A stretch of DNA of 64,000 bases from Escherichia coli (GTDB lineage Bacteria > Pseudomonadota > Gammaproteobacteria > Enterobacterales > Enterobacteriaceae): assembly GCF_041248615.1 (NCBI RefSeq), contig NZ_CP158426.1; one strand, 5' to 3'. Shown piece by piece: positions 9,509 through 23,310 of the stretch. Position numbers and translations under genes: made by a program. Position 1 is the stretch's first letter; each line of letters opens with the position of its first letter. Below the pieces are notes generated by a model. It was given only the letters and a program-made list of their open reading frames with translations. It was not told where the DNA came from and ran no database searches.

Positions 9509-12265
9509 TTACCCGAGAATTTTGCTGGCTTCGCGCGCTACATTATCCATCTCGTCCAACAGTTCCAGCAGCTCCGGCTCCAAATCTTCTTCTTTAGTAC
9601 CGCTACGTAGCTGTTGTTCGATCAGTTGGCAGAGATTCTTCATACGCGGCACACCGCTATAGCCGCAACTGCCATGCAGTTTATGAATCAAATCAACCAG
9701 GCCTTCCGGGTTTTCTCCAACCAGCTGTTCCTCAACTTTGTTGCGAACTTCAGGCAGGAAATCGAGTAACATTTGCAGCATATCGCGCGCTAAATCGGTT
9801 TTTCCTGCTGCCTGGCGTAGTGCCAGTTGCCAGTCGAGGGTCGCATTCGGGTTCACCACAATTTCGTTGACTTCGGGCGTCACGACGCGAGAGGAAATAC
9901 CGCTGCCAGGCTTGTAGCGCAACAACAAATTATGCAATCGCTCTTCTTCAATCGGTTTCGCCAGATAATCGCTCATCCCTGCGCCAAGCAGCTTCTCTTT
10001 TTGCCCGGCCATTGCATGCGCCGTTACCGCGATAACTGGCGTTTGTTGCTGATGGGGGAGCTGGTGGATGAGTTCGCAGGCCCGAATGCCGTCCATGTCC
10101 GGCATTTGAATATCCATTAAGATCAAATCGAACGGCATCTGTTTCGCCCGTTCAACCGCCTGATGCCCGCTATCGCAAAGTTCCACATGTTGCACCATAT
10201 CTTCCAGCAATGCGCCGATAAGTTTCAGGTTAGCGGGGTTGTCATCAACCGCCATGACTGTCATTGCCAGCTTACTTTCATCGGTTACAGGCAAAAGCGT
10301 GTTTTGTTTGTGATGACAAAATTCCGTCAGGGCAGGTAACAGGCGCGTAGGTGTTAATGGTTTCAGCAGACACGCGCCGATACCATCTTGCTTAAGTTTT
10401 TCAGCATTGACTTGTGCATGGCAAGGAAGTGCCAGCATCAGAAAATCGGTCATCGATACCGCTTTCGCTAATCGCTCATGTTGCATTGTTAGCGGCTCGC
10501 GGAAGGTCACCGCAATGCCTAATAACATCATGTCGTAATGCGCGGGAGGCAGCGCGGAGAATGTTGGGCTATAAACCACTTCCAGCGGCGTTTCACTTAA
10601 AATATCCAGCGTGCATTGCGCTGCTGCGGAGTTTGGTTCGACATAGGCCAGGCGCTTGCCGGCGAGGCACTGGGTGGATGGCCCTTCGATAATAATGTTC
10701 GGATTCAGATCGAGATTAATGTGGAACCAGAAAGTTGAACCGCGATTCGGCTGGCTATGGAACGAAATATCGCCGCCCATTTCATTAACCAGTTTTTGTG
10801 TAATCACCAGCCCCAGCCCGGTGCCACCATGACGGCGGGAAATACTGGCATCAGCCTGTCGGAAGGCCTGGAATAAGCGCGATTGATCGCGTTCAGGAAT
10901 ACCAATGCCGGTATCCCGAATCTGCACTTCAATCTGCACTTTGGTATTACTCAGCGCACGTTTTTCTACCAGAATATCAATGTTGCCATTCTCGGTGAAT
11001 TTAATTGCATTCCCTACCAGGTTAGTGATGATTTGCTGTAATCGCAGTGGGTCGCCAATTACGTTATCGGGCACGTCGCTCTTAATATTGAGCGTCAGTT
11101 CCAGCCCTTTATCGTGAGAAGAATGTGCCAGCAGGGTAACGACTTCATCCAGCGTGCTGCGTAGTGGGAATGGAATACTTTCCAGAATCAGCTTACCCGC
11201 TTCCAGTTTCGAGAAGTCGAGAACATCATTAATAATTGCCAGCAAATTATTTGCCGAACGTTCAATCGTATTCAGGTGATCGCGCTGCGTTGGTGTTAAT
11301 TCTGTTTTCAGCGTCAGGCGAGTAAAGCCAATAACACCATTCAGTGGTGTACGCAGCTCGTGTGACATATTTGCCAGAAACTCGGATTTAATACGCGCCG
11401 CTTCCTGGGCGCGCTTTTTCGCCAGATCCAACTCAACGTTCTGAATTTCCATCTGCTCCAGCGTTTCACGCAGATCGGACGTCGCCTGGTCGATATTGTG
11501 CTGCATCTCTTCGTGATAAGCAGCCAGCGACATTGCCATCGAGTTGATACCGTTTTTCAGCATATCCAGCTCGCCGAGCATAAATCCTTCCACCCGGCTG
11601 TCGAGTTGCCCGCGACGGATGCGGTCGACGGTATTCACCATATTGCGAATCGGACCGGTTACATCGCGCATTAAGCGCCAGCCAAAAATAAGCGCAATAC
11701 CGATACAAAACAGCATCATCACGCTGGAAATAAAGATCTCTTTATATTGCTGCAAGCGAACCGATTTAAGATCCAGCTCAAGCGCAATATATCCCAACAT
11801 ATTTTGACTATTTTTGGCATCGCTACTGGGCGATTCGTCGGGGGAGTAACTCTCAGAAATAATCGGTGTGCGGAGGATCATAATATCGCCGTCACGAGTG
11901 ACAGTGAGCTGGCGAGGAAACGGCACGTTGCTGCCGAGCTGCATTGATGAGGGATCAAGATGAAAATTGGAGGTGACAAAGAGTCGGTTATTTTCATCAT
12001 AAACCGAAATCGCGCGAACAATATCGGAATGGCGACGATGCAGTACGCTTATTAACTGACCGATAGATTCGCGATTTTGCAGGCTCATGCCATATTCAGT
12101 AGAAACTGCAAGCGGCTCAATAATGCTGGCTCCGGCATCTTCCAGTTGACGCTGCAAATCGTTATAGCGATGCACAACGAAAAAGATACTCAGCAATAAA
12201 CCAATAAGGACGGTCGGTGCCAGGATCAGAATCATCATGCGTGCGCGCAGGCTGTAGTTGGTCAT
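9509..12265 (-). CDS. barA: Hybrid sensor histidine kinase BarA
   Basis: 918-aa ORF with HAMP, HisKA (SHELRTPLN), receiver and HPt regions. Confidence 0.9.
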
Positions 12266-12321
12266 GGAGTTCCGTTATGGGACAATTAAGGTCACACTGT
12301 TAAATTGAGAAAGTCTCGCCA

Positions 12322-13623
12322 ATGGCGCAATTCTACTCTGCAAAACGACGCACGACGACGCGTCAGATCATAACTGTTTCAGTCAACGACCTCGACTCTT
12401 TTGGTCAGGGCGTGGCACGACATAACGGCAAAGCGTTATTTATTCCTGGATTATTGCCACAGGAAAACGCGGAAGTTACTGTTACTGAAGATAAAAAACA
12501 ATACGCCCGCGCTAAAGTCGTGCGCCGGTTAAGCGATAGCCCGGAACGCGAAACGCCACGCTGCCCTCATTTTGGCGTATGCGGCGGCTGTCAGCAACAA
12601 CACGCCAGCGTGGATTTACAGCAGCGAAGCAAAAGTGCGGCACTCGCCCGATTAATGAAACACGAAGTCTCTGAAGTGATCGCCGATGTTCCCTGGGGCT
12701 ATCGCCGTCGCGCGCGTTTAAGTCTGAACTACTTACCGAAAACACAGCAACTTCAGATGGGGTTTCGCAAAGCGGGCTCCAGTGACATTGTCGACGTTAA
12801 ACAATGCCCCATTTTAGTGCCCCAACTTGAAGCATTGCTGCCCAAAGTCAGGGCATGCCTGGACAGCTTACAAGCTATGCGCCATCTTGGTCATGTTGAA
12901 CTGGTACAGGCAACCAGCGGCACGCTGATGATTTTGCGCCATACCGCACCGCTAAGTTCGGCTGATCGCGAAAAACTGGAACGCTTTTCGCATTCTGAAG
13001 GCCTGGATCTGTATCTCGCCCCCGATAGTGAGATACTCGAAACCGTCGCTGGTGAGATGCCCTGGTATGACTCAAACGGGTTGCGCTTAACTTTTAGCCC
13101 GCGCGATTTTATTCAGGTCAATGCGGGTGTGAACCAAAAAATGGTAGCGCGTGCGTTGGAATGGCTGGATGTGCAACCTGAAGATCGCGTACTGGATCTG
13201 TTCTGCGGTATGGGCAACTTTACACTGCCATTAGCGACACAAGCTGCCAGTGTGGTGGGTGTAGAAGGTGTTCCGGCGCTGGTGGAAAAAGGCCAGCAGA
13301 ATGCGCGTCTTAATGGCTTACACAATGTGACGTTTTATCACGAAAATCTTGAAGAAGATGTCACAAAGCAGCCGTGGGTGAAAAACGGCTTCGATAAAGT
13401 GTTGCTGGACCCGGCGCGAGCAGGTGCCGCAGGTGTTATGCAGCAAATTATAAAACTGGAACCTATTCGTATAGTTTATGTATCCTGTAACCCTGCAACG
13501 CTGGCTCGGGATAGCGAAGCGTTATTAAAAGCAGGATATACCATTGCGCGACTGGCGATGCTGGATATGTTCCCACACACGGGACATCTGGAATCGATGG
13601 TACTTTTCTCGCGCGTTAAATAG
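12322..13623 (+). CDS. rlmD: 23S rRNA (uracil1939-C5)-methyltransferase RlmD (RumA)
   Basis: 433-aa ORF with Fe-S cysteine cluster ([11 protein letters not shown]) and SAM-MTase motifs; divergent from barA. Confidence 0.85.
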   Translation: MAQFYSAKRRTTTRQIITVSVNDLDSFGQGVARHNGKALFIPGLLPQENAEVTVTEDKKQYARAKVVRRLSDSPERETPRCPHFGVCGGCQQQHASVDLQQRSKSAALARLMKHEVSEVIADVPWGYRRRARLSLNYLPKTQQLQMGFRKAGSSDIVDVKQCPILVPQLEALLPKVRACLDSLQAMRHLGHVELVQATSGTLMILRHTAPLSSADREKLERFSHSEGLDLYLAPDSEILETVAGEMPWYDSNGLRLTFSPRDFIQVNAGVNQKMVARALEWLDVQPEDRVLDLFCGMGNFTLPLATQAASVVGVEGVPALVEKGQQNARLNGLHNVTFYHENLEEDVTKQPWVKNGFDKVLLDPARAGAAGVMQQIIKLEPIRIVYVSCNPATLARDSEALLKAGYTIARLAMLDMFPHTGHLESMVLFSRVK

Positions 13624-13670
13624 TTACGATTTGCCGATTTCGGCAGGTCTGGTCCCTAAAGGAGAGGACG

Positions 13671-15905
13671 ATGGTTGCGGTAAGAAGTGCACATATCAAT
13701 AAGGCTGGTGAATTTGATCCGGAAAAATGGATCGCAAGTCTGGGTATTACCAGCCAGAAGTCGTGTGAGTGCTTAGCCGAAACCTGGGCGTATTGTCTGC
13801 AACAGACGCAGGGGCATCCGGATGCCAGTCTGTTATTGTGGCGTGGTGTTGAGATGGTGGAGATCCTCTCGACATTAAGTATGGACATTGACACGCTGCG
13901 GGCGGCGCTGCTGTTCCCTCTGGCGGATGCCAACGTAGTCAGCGAAGATGTGCTGCGTGAGAGCGTCGGTAAGTCGGTCGTTAACCTTATTCACGGCGTG
14001 CGTGATATGGCGGCGATCCGCCAGCTGAAAGCGACGCATACCGATTCTGTTTCCTCCGAACAGGTCGATAACGTTCGCCGGATGTTATTGGCGATGGTCG
14101 ATGATTTTCGCTGCGTGGTCATCAAACTGGCAGAGCGTATTGCTCATCTGCGCGAAGTAAAAGACGCGCCGGAAGATGAACGCGTACTGGCGGCAAAAGA
14201 GTGCACCAATATCTACGCGCCGTTGGCGAACCGTCTTGGGATTGGACAACTGAAATGGGAGCTGGAAGATTACTGCTTCCGTTATCTCCACCCGACCGAA
14301 TACAAACGCATCGCAAAACTGCTGCATGAACGCCGTCTCGACCGCGAACACTATATCGAAGAGTTTGTCGGCCATCTGCGCGCTGAGATGAAAGCTGAAG
14401 GCGTTAAAGCTGAAGTGTATGGTCGTCCGAAACACATCTACAGCATCTGGCGCAAAATGCAGAAAAAGAACCTCGCCTTCGATGAGCTGTTTGATGTGCG
14501 TGCGGTACGTATTGTCGCCGAGCGTTTACAGGATTGTTATGCCGCACTGGGGATAGTGCACACTCACTATCGCCACCTGCCGGATGAGTTTGACGATTAC
14601 GTCGCTAACCCGAAACCAAACGGTTATCAGTCTATTCATACCGTGGTTCTGGGACCAGGTGGCAAAACCGTTGAGATCCAAATCCGCACTAAACAGATGC
14701 ATGAAGATGCAGAGTTGGGTGTTGCTGCGCACTGGAAATATAAAGAGGGCGCGGCAGCTGGCGGCGCACGTTCGGGACATGAAGACCGGATTGCCTGGCT
14801 GCGTAAACTGATTGCGTGGCAGGAAGAGATGGCTGATTCCGGCGAAATGCTCGACGAAGTACGCAGCCAGGTATTTGACGACCGGGTGTATGTCTTTACG
14901 CCGAAAGGTGATGTCGTTGATTTGCCTGCGGGATCAACACCGCTGGACTTCGCTTACCACATCCACAGTGATGTCGGGCACCGCTGCATCGGGGCAAAAA
15001 TTGGCGGGCGCATTGTGCCGTTCACCTACCAGCTGCAGATGGGCGACCAGATTGAAATTATCACCCAGAAACAGCCGAACCCCAGCCGTGACTGGTTAAA
15101 CCCAAACCTCGGTTACGTCACAACCAGCCGTGGGCGTTCGAAAATTCACGCCTGGTTCCGTAAACAGGACCGTGACAAAAACATTCTGGCTGGGCGGCAA
15201 ATCCTTGACGACGAGCTGGAACATCTGGGGATCAGCCTGAAAGAAGCAGAAAAACATCTGCTGCCGCGTTACAACTTCAATGATGTCGACGAGTTGCTGG
15301 CGGCAATTGGTGGCGGGGATATCCGTCTCAATCAGATGGTGAACTTCCTGCAATCGCAATTTAATAAGCCGAGTGCCGAAGAGCAGGATGCCGCCGCGCT
15401 GAAGCAACTTCAGCAAAAAAGCTATACGCCGCAAAACCGCAGTAAAGATAACGGTCGTGTGGTGGTAGAAGGTGTCGGTAACCTGATGCACCACATCGCG
15501 CGCTGCTGCCAGCCGATTCCTGGAGATGAGATTGTCGGCTTCATTACCCAGGGGCGCGGTATTTCAGTGCATCGTGCAGACTGTGAGCAACTGGCGGAAC
15601 TGCGCTCCCATGCGCCAGAACGCATTGTTGACGCGGTATGGGGCGAGAGCTACTCCGCCGGATATTCGCTGGTGGTCCGGGTGATGGCCAATGATCGCAG
15701 TGGATTATTGCGTGATATCACGACCATTCTTGCCAACGAGAAGGTGAACGTGCTTGGCGTTGCCAGCCGTAGCGACACTAAACAGCAACTGGCGACTATC
15801 GACATGACCATTGAGATTTACAATCTGCAAGTGCTGGGCCGCGTGCTGGGTAAACTCAATCAGGTGCCGGATGTTATCGACGCGCGTCGGTTGCACGGGA
15901 GTTAG
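13671..15905 (+). CDS. relA: GTP pyrophosphokinase RelA ((p)ppGpp synthetase I)
   Basis: 744-aa ORF, RelA/SpoT family. Confidence 0.9.
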   Translation: MVAVRSAHINKAGEFDPEKWIASLGITSQKSCECLAETWAYCLQQTQGHPDASLLLWRGVEMVEILSTLSMDIDTLRAALLFPLADANVVSEDVLRESVGKSVVNLIHGVRDMAAIRQLKATHTDSVSSEQVDNVRRMLLAMVDDFRCVVIKLAERIAHLREVKDAPEDERVLAAKECTNIYAPLANRLGIGQLKWELEDYCFRYLHPTEYKRIAKLLHERRLDREHYIEEFVGHLRAEMKAEGVKAEVYGRPKHIYSIWRKMQKKNLAFDELFDVRAVRIVAERLQDCYAALGIVHTHYRHLPDEFDDYVANPKPNGYQSIHTVVLGPGGKTVEIQIRTKQMHEDAELGVAAHWKYKEGAAAGGARSGHEDRIAWLRKLIAWQEEMADSGEMLDEVRSQVFDDRVYVFTPKGDVVDLPAGSTPLDFAYHIHSDVGHRCIGAKIGGRIVPFTYQLQMGDQIEIITQKQPNPSRDWLNPNLGYVTTSRGRSKIHAWFRKQDRDKNILAGRQILDDELEHLGISLKEAEKHLLPRYNFNDVDELLAAIGGGDIRLNQMVNFLQSQFNKPSAEEQDAAALKQLQQKSYTPQNRSKDNGRVVVEGVGNLMHHIARCCQPIPGDEIVGFITQGRGISVHRADCEQLAELRSHAPERIVDAVWGESYSAGYSLVVRVMANDRSGLLRDITTILANEKVNVLGVASRSDTKQQLATIDMTIEIYNLQVLGRVLGKLNQVPDVIDARRLHGS

Positions 15906-16000
15906 TCTTACATAGCTGGATATGGCGTCAGCCGTATCCAGCGATATCTTTTACTCGAAGGTATTACACCTGACGGACCCGCAATTTTCAGGACATTCTA

Positions 16001-16792
16001 ATGAATCAAATCGACCGTTTGCTCACCATCATGCAGCGCCTGCGCGATCCGGAAAACGGCTGCCCGTGGGATAAAGAGCAGACATTTGCCACCATTGCAC
16101 CTTACACCCTTGAAGAAACCTACGAAGTGCTGGACGCCATTGCCCGTGAAGATTTTGACGATCTGCGCGGTGAACTCGGCGATCTACTGTTCCAGGTGGT
16201 TTTTTACGCACAAATGGCTCAGGAAGAAGGGCGCTTTGACTTTAATGATATATGCGCCGCGATCAGCGATAAATTAGAACGTCGCCATCCGCATGTTTTT
16301 GCTGACAGTTCTGCCGAAAACAGTAGTGAAGTGCTTGCCCGTTGGGAGCAAATCAAAACCGAAGAGCGCGCGCAGAAAGCGCAGCATTCGGCGCTGGACG
16401 ATATTCCTCGTAGTTTACCGGCTTTAATGCGTGCGCAAAAAATCCAGAAACGTTGCGCCAACGTTGGTTTTGACTGGACGACGCTTGGTCCGGTAGTCGA
16501 TAAAGTCTACGAAGAGATCGACGAGGTGATGTACGAGGCACGGCAGGCTGTTATCGACCAGGCTAAACTGGAGGAGGAAATGGGCGACCTGCTGTTTGCC
16601 ACGGTCAATCTGGCTCGTCATTTAGGGACAAAAGCGGAAATCGCATTGCAAAAAGCGAACGAAAAATTCGAGCGTCGTTTTCGCGAAGTGGAGCGTATTG
16701 TTGCCGCGCGTGGACTGGAAATGACAGGTGTTGACCTCGAAACAATGGAAGAAGTCTGGCAACAGGTAAAACGGCAGGAAATTGATCTCTAA
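16001..16792 (+). CDS. mazG: Nucleoside triphosphate pyrophosphohydrolase MazG
   Basis: 263-aa ORF with tandem MazG motifs; begins 95 bp after relA with no mazE/mazF in between. Confidence 0.85.
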   Translation: MNQIDRLLTIMQRLRDPENGCPWDKEQTFATIAPYTLEETYEVLDAIAREDFDDLRGELGDLLFQVVFYAQMAQEEGRFDFNDICAAISDKLERRHPHVFADSSAENSSEVLARWEQIKTEERAQKAQHSALDDIPRSLPALMRAQKIQKRCANVGFDWTTLGPVVDKVYEEIDEVMYEARQAVIDQAKLEEEMGDLLFATVNLARHLGTKAEIALQKANEKFERRFREVERIVAARGLEMTGVDLETMEEVWQQVKRQEIDL

Positions 16793-16805
16793 GGGAATTA
16801 CGTGG

Positions 16806-16847
16806 TCAAGCGCGATTTGTGTCATTTTTTAAATGACAAGCGCTTGA
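16806..16847 (+). terminator. Imperfect hairpin downstream of mazG, possible terminator
   Basis: TCAAGCGC..TGTCATTT / AAATGACA..GCGCTTGA inverted repeat; weak U tract. Confidence 0.35.
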
Positions 16848-17004
16848 TTTGCGTCAAAAACATTTACCCCAAAGGGGCTATTTTCTCACTCCTGATTTCA
16901 ATAGTGCGCTGGCGAAGAGGAGGGATAATGAAAGTTTGTGGCACAGGTCATGTTCGGGTATACTGCTTTCCCGTCCTGGTTATTCCATCGTCTTTTCAAC
17001 CTAA

Positions 17005-18657
<1,653 letters not shown>

Positions 18658-18728
18658 GAAAAAAGTTAGAACGGCAACGCGTACCCTGGGTACGCGTTGT
18701 TTGTCTGGAGTTTCAGTTTAACTAGTGA

Positions 18729-20042
<1,314 letters not shown>

Positions 20043-20061
20043 GTCTGACTTTATCTGATTT

Positions 20062-20093
20062 AAAAATGCCAGCCTTCGGGCTGGCATTTTTTA
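20062..20093. terminator. Bidirectional intrinsic terminator between convergent eno and ygcG
   Basis: Stem ATGCCAGCC/GGCTGGCAT, loop TTCG, flanked by A-run and T-run. Confidence 0.75.
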
Positions 20094-20101
20094 TGGTTGA
20101 G

Positions 20102-20974
20102 TTACCAGCGACCGGACGCGCCGCCACCGCCAGAAGAACCGCCCCCGCCGCTAAATCCGCCGCCACTTGAGCCGCCACCGGAACCGCTGTTGTCTGAATG
20201 ATAACTTCTACCAGATGCTTTTTTCTGAAGTACACATAAACAGGTAAAGACCATAATGGTGGTGAAAGTAAAAAAGAAGAAAAATACAGCAATGGAAAAA
20301 GTTTTATCGGAGAACAGGAATAAATCTAAAAGATAGATTGCTGAAATACAGACACTGCTTTTACATGCGCGACAAAAATTACTGCCTTGATGAAAAAACC
20401 AGAAAGGGAAGAACATCACTGCAAATACCCAAAAAATAGCAAAGTAATAATGATCACTGGAAGACGCTGATTCAATTTCTGAAGGATTAGCCGGATATTG
20501 GTGTTGTGAAGTGAGTTGGTTATTCAAAGCGTTTATAGCTAGCTCTAATCCCTGAGCTAATTTTTGTTGTTTAAATGCGGGTATCATGTTGCTACGGATG
20601 ATATCTCCAGCCAGAGCATCGGTTACCTTTTCTTCCAGCCCATAACCTACCTGGATGCGGACAGTACGATCCGACCAGGCAACAATGATCAGTATCCCAT
20701 CATTACGTTTGGCATCTCCTAAACGCCAATTGTCAAAAACCCGTGTAGCATATTTTTCAATTGTCTCGTCTTTGGTTGTGGGAACAATTAATACAGCAAT
20801 TTGCACTTGGGTATTATTGAAAATAGATTCTAACTTGTACGTCAGTTCTTTCTTTTCTTGTGAGTTTAAGCTACTCGTAAGATCCGTAACTTGTTGCTGT
20901 AATGATGGGACAATAGTTGGTTGGGCTGCAACAAAGGAACACACGAATGTGAATATTAGTATGAAATAGCGCAT
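20102..20974 (-). CDS. ygcG: TPM-domain membrane protein YgcG with Gly/Ser-rich C-terminal tail
   Basis: ORF 20102-21019; probable start at internal Met ([19 protein letters not shown], signal-peptide-like) giving about 290 aa; C-terminal [21 protein letters not shown]. Confidence 0.7.
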   Translation of the reverse strand: MRYFILIFTFVCSFVAAQPTIVPSLQQQVTDLTSSLNSQEKKELTYKLESIFNNTQVQIAVLIVPTTKDETIEKYATRVFDNWRLGDAKRNDGILIIVAWSDRTVRIQVGYGLEEKVTDALAGDIIRSNMIPAFKQQKLAQGLELAINALNNQLTSQHQYPANPSEIESASSSDHYYFAIFWVFAVMFFPFWFFHQGSNFCRACKSSVCISAIYLLDLFLFSDKTFSIAVFFFFFTFTTIMVFTCLCVLQKKASGRSYHSDNSGSGGGSSGGGFSGGGGSSGGGGASGRW

Positions 20975-21267
20975 TATAAATGTCCCATTAAAGCTGGATA
21001 AATAAATTGACGGCGGCATCGGTAATTTGAGATTCGTTATAATTAAAAACGAACACAGAAAAAATAAGTATAATTTTGGTGAATGTTTTTGACATGATTA
21101 AATCCCTTTACTTTATTTATTTCTGACATAATACGTTACTCCCTTTTATTATTAACGATCTGTTTCTCATTTTTCTTTAAACCTGCCTGTAACAGAATGT
21201 TAATAAGACATGATTGTTGTGGCAGGATCTGCAATAATTAACAATTATCCACTTCACAGAGAATGCT

Positions 21268-21939
21268 ATGCAGTACCCGATTAACGAGATGTTCCAGACC
21301 CTGCAAGGTGAGGGTTACTTTACCGGCGTCCCCGCCATTTTTATTCGTTTACAGGGATGCCCGGTTGGCTGTGCCTGGTGCGACACCAAACACACCTGGG
21401 AAAAGCTTGAGGATCGGGAAGTCTCCCTTTTCAGCATTCTGGCGAAGACCAAAGAGAGTGATAAGTGGGGGGCGGCGAGCAGTGAAGACTTGCTGGCTGT
21501 CATTGGTCGCCAGGGATACACCGCGCGGCATGTGGTGATTACGGGTGGTGAGCCTTGCATTCATGATTTGCTGCCACTGACTGACCTGCTCGAAAAGAAC
21601 GGTTTTAGCTGCCAGATCGAAACCAGTGGTACTCATGAGGTACGCTGCACACCGAATACCTGGGTTACCGTATCGCCAAAGCTGAACATGCGCGGCGGCT
21701 ATGAAGTGTTGTCACAGGCACTGGAGCGAGCCAACGAAATCAAGCATCCAGTGGGACGCGTGCGTGATATTGAAGCACTGGATGAACTACTGGCAACACT
21801 GACCGATGATAAACCGCGAGTCATTGCGCTGCAGCCGATTAGCCAAAAGGAAGATGCTACTCGTTTATGTATCGATACGTGCATTGCGCGCAACTGGCGT
21901 TTGTCGATGCAAACACATAAATATTTAAATATTGCCTGA
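21268..21939 (+). CDS. queE: 7-carboxy-7-deazaguanine synthase QueE (radical SAM)
   Basis: 223-aa ORF with CxxxCxxC-type cysteine cluster (GCPVGCAWCDT). Confidence 0.85.
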   Translation: MQYPINEMFQTLQGEGYFTGVPAIFIRLQGCPVGCAWCDTKHTWEKLEDREVSLFSILAKTKESDKWGAASSEDLLAVIGRQGYTARHVVITGGEPCIHDLLPLTDLLEKNGFSCQIETSGTHEVRCTPNTWVTVSPKLNMRGGYEVLSQALERANEIKHPVGRVRDIEALDELLATLTDDKPRVIALQPISQKEDATRLCIDTCIARNWRLSMQTHKYLNIA

Positions 21940-22277
21940 TTAAACATTTATAAGCGTTATAAATGGGTGGAACCTGTAAAGACTTCTACTCATTTATATT
22001 CTTTGTCGCCTCTAAAAAACCTCCATTTTGCCCATCCTGGACTAATCATTATCATTTTCTACAAATTCTGTGGCGTTAATTTTTCGTTGGAGTGAAAATT
22101 ATTACGTCGGAGTTTGGTGGATTTTAGTCGGTATAGAATTACTTTAAATATTTGGCTTTTCAATCAATGAATTAAGTGCTCTTTAACATAATGGATGTGT
22201 TGTTTGTGTGTTTCTGTTAAGTTGGTAGATTGTGACTGACTTAAAAAATCAATAATTAATAATAGGTTATGTTTAGT

Positions 22278-22672
22278 GAGTTCCCCGCGCCAGCGGGGAT
22301 AAACCGGCTGATGCGGTTCTATCACCACCACAAATTATGAGTTCCCCGCGCCAGCGGGGATAAACCGCAAATACGCGCGAGTGGCTAACCTGGAATCATG
22401 AGTTCCCCGCGCCAGCGGGGATAAACCGGCGCGGACGATAATCAGGGGCAGGCAGGGCACGAGTTCCCCGCGCCAGCGGGGATAAACCGGAAATCCAATA
22501 TTAACGTGGTGTTTTCAAAACGAGTTCCCCGCGCCAGCGGGGATAAACCGCGTTTAGCTCCGCAATGCTGGATATCACTGATGAGTTCCCCGCGTCAGCG
22601 GGGATAAACCGTATGGGAAACAGTAGCAACGGGCACACTGGCGGAGTTCCCCGCGCCAGCGGGGATAAACCA
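22278..22672 (+). CRISPR. Orphan type I-E CRISPR array (CRISPR-II / 2.1): 7 repeats, 6 spacers of 32 bp, leader on the left
   Basis: 29-bp repeat GAGTTCCCCGCGCCAGCGGGGATAAACCG at 61-bp period; repeat 6 has the GCGTCAG variant; last repeat ends ..AAACCA; AT-rich leader with GTTGGTAGATTGT at 22221-22233. Confidence 0.95.
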
Positions 22673-23140
22673 CCATATAACCCGTAATCTCTTTCTAAAG
22701 TTTTTATATTAGCAGTACTCGTAATAAGCAACATATCCACGTAACACCTCATGTTCAAAATAGCTCTCCATATATGAGAAGTTCACAATTATCGATACAA
22801 AAAATCAAATTTAATTAAAGTGTTAGTTGTATAATACTTAAATCATTAAGAAATTATCATATATTATTTTTTTAATATTGAATTGATGTTTGTTAGTTTT
22901 TTCTTTAGGATAATAGATTGTTTTTTAAGCTTATTATTCATTGATTAAGTAATAAATCTGGAAATTTGTCTTTGTTTTGAGGCTAATGAGTGGTTTTACA
23001 TAACCGTCTCTATAGACTGTTGATGAATAGTTCTTATGAATAAAGATATCCAGTTCATACTTTAAATGAAAATTGATAAAGTACGGTTTGCGTTGTCTTT
23101 TATTCTAAGGACATCGAGTGTAGTTAATATTCCTTGTAAC

Positions 23141-23265
23141 AACAGGGATAAACCGAACTAGTTAAAGTTTTTATTATGTTCCCTGCATCAGCGGGGATAA
23201 ACCGGACTTGTTATCATTTTTTAAGTTGTCGAACTTATGTTCCCCACGTCAGCGGGGATAACCAT
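23141..23265 (+). CRISPR. Degenerate CRISPR remnant (CRISPR 2.2-2.3-like): partial repeat, two degenerate repeats, one 32-bp spacer
   Basis: ..AACAGGGATAAACCG (23141-23155); ATGTTCCCTGCATCAGCGGGGATAAACCG (23176-23204); 32-bp spacer; ATGTTCCCCACGTCAGCGGGGATAACCA (23237-23264). Confidence 0.6.
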
Positions 23266-23310
23266 TCAGGTATGTTCAGGCCGGGCAGTTTCCCGCCCGG
23301 CCTTCCTCAC

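Noticed and set aside
9306-9662. 118-aa plus-strand ORF with PLTLTLSPEGRGD-like sequence
   Set aside because: Produced by translation through the GC-rich inverted-repeat element and the 3' end of barA on the opposite strand; no start context; treated as a repeat-derived artefact.
15906-16000. Possibility that the missing mazEF reflects a hidden mobile-element scar
   Set aside because: No direct repeats, inverted repeats typical of IS ends, or integrase or transposase fragments are present in the 95-bp spacer; a simple absence is the most economical reading.
22501-22758. 85-aa minus-strand ORF
   Set aside because: Overlaps CRISPR-II repeats and spacers; the periodic repeat makes spurious ORFs.
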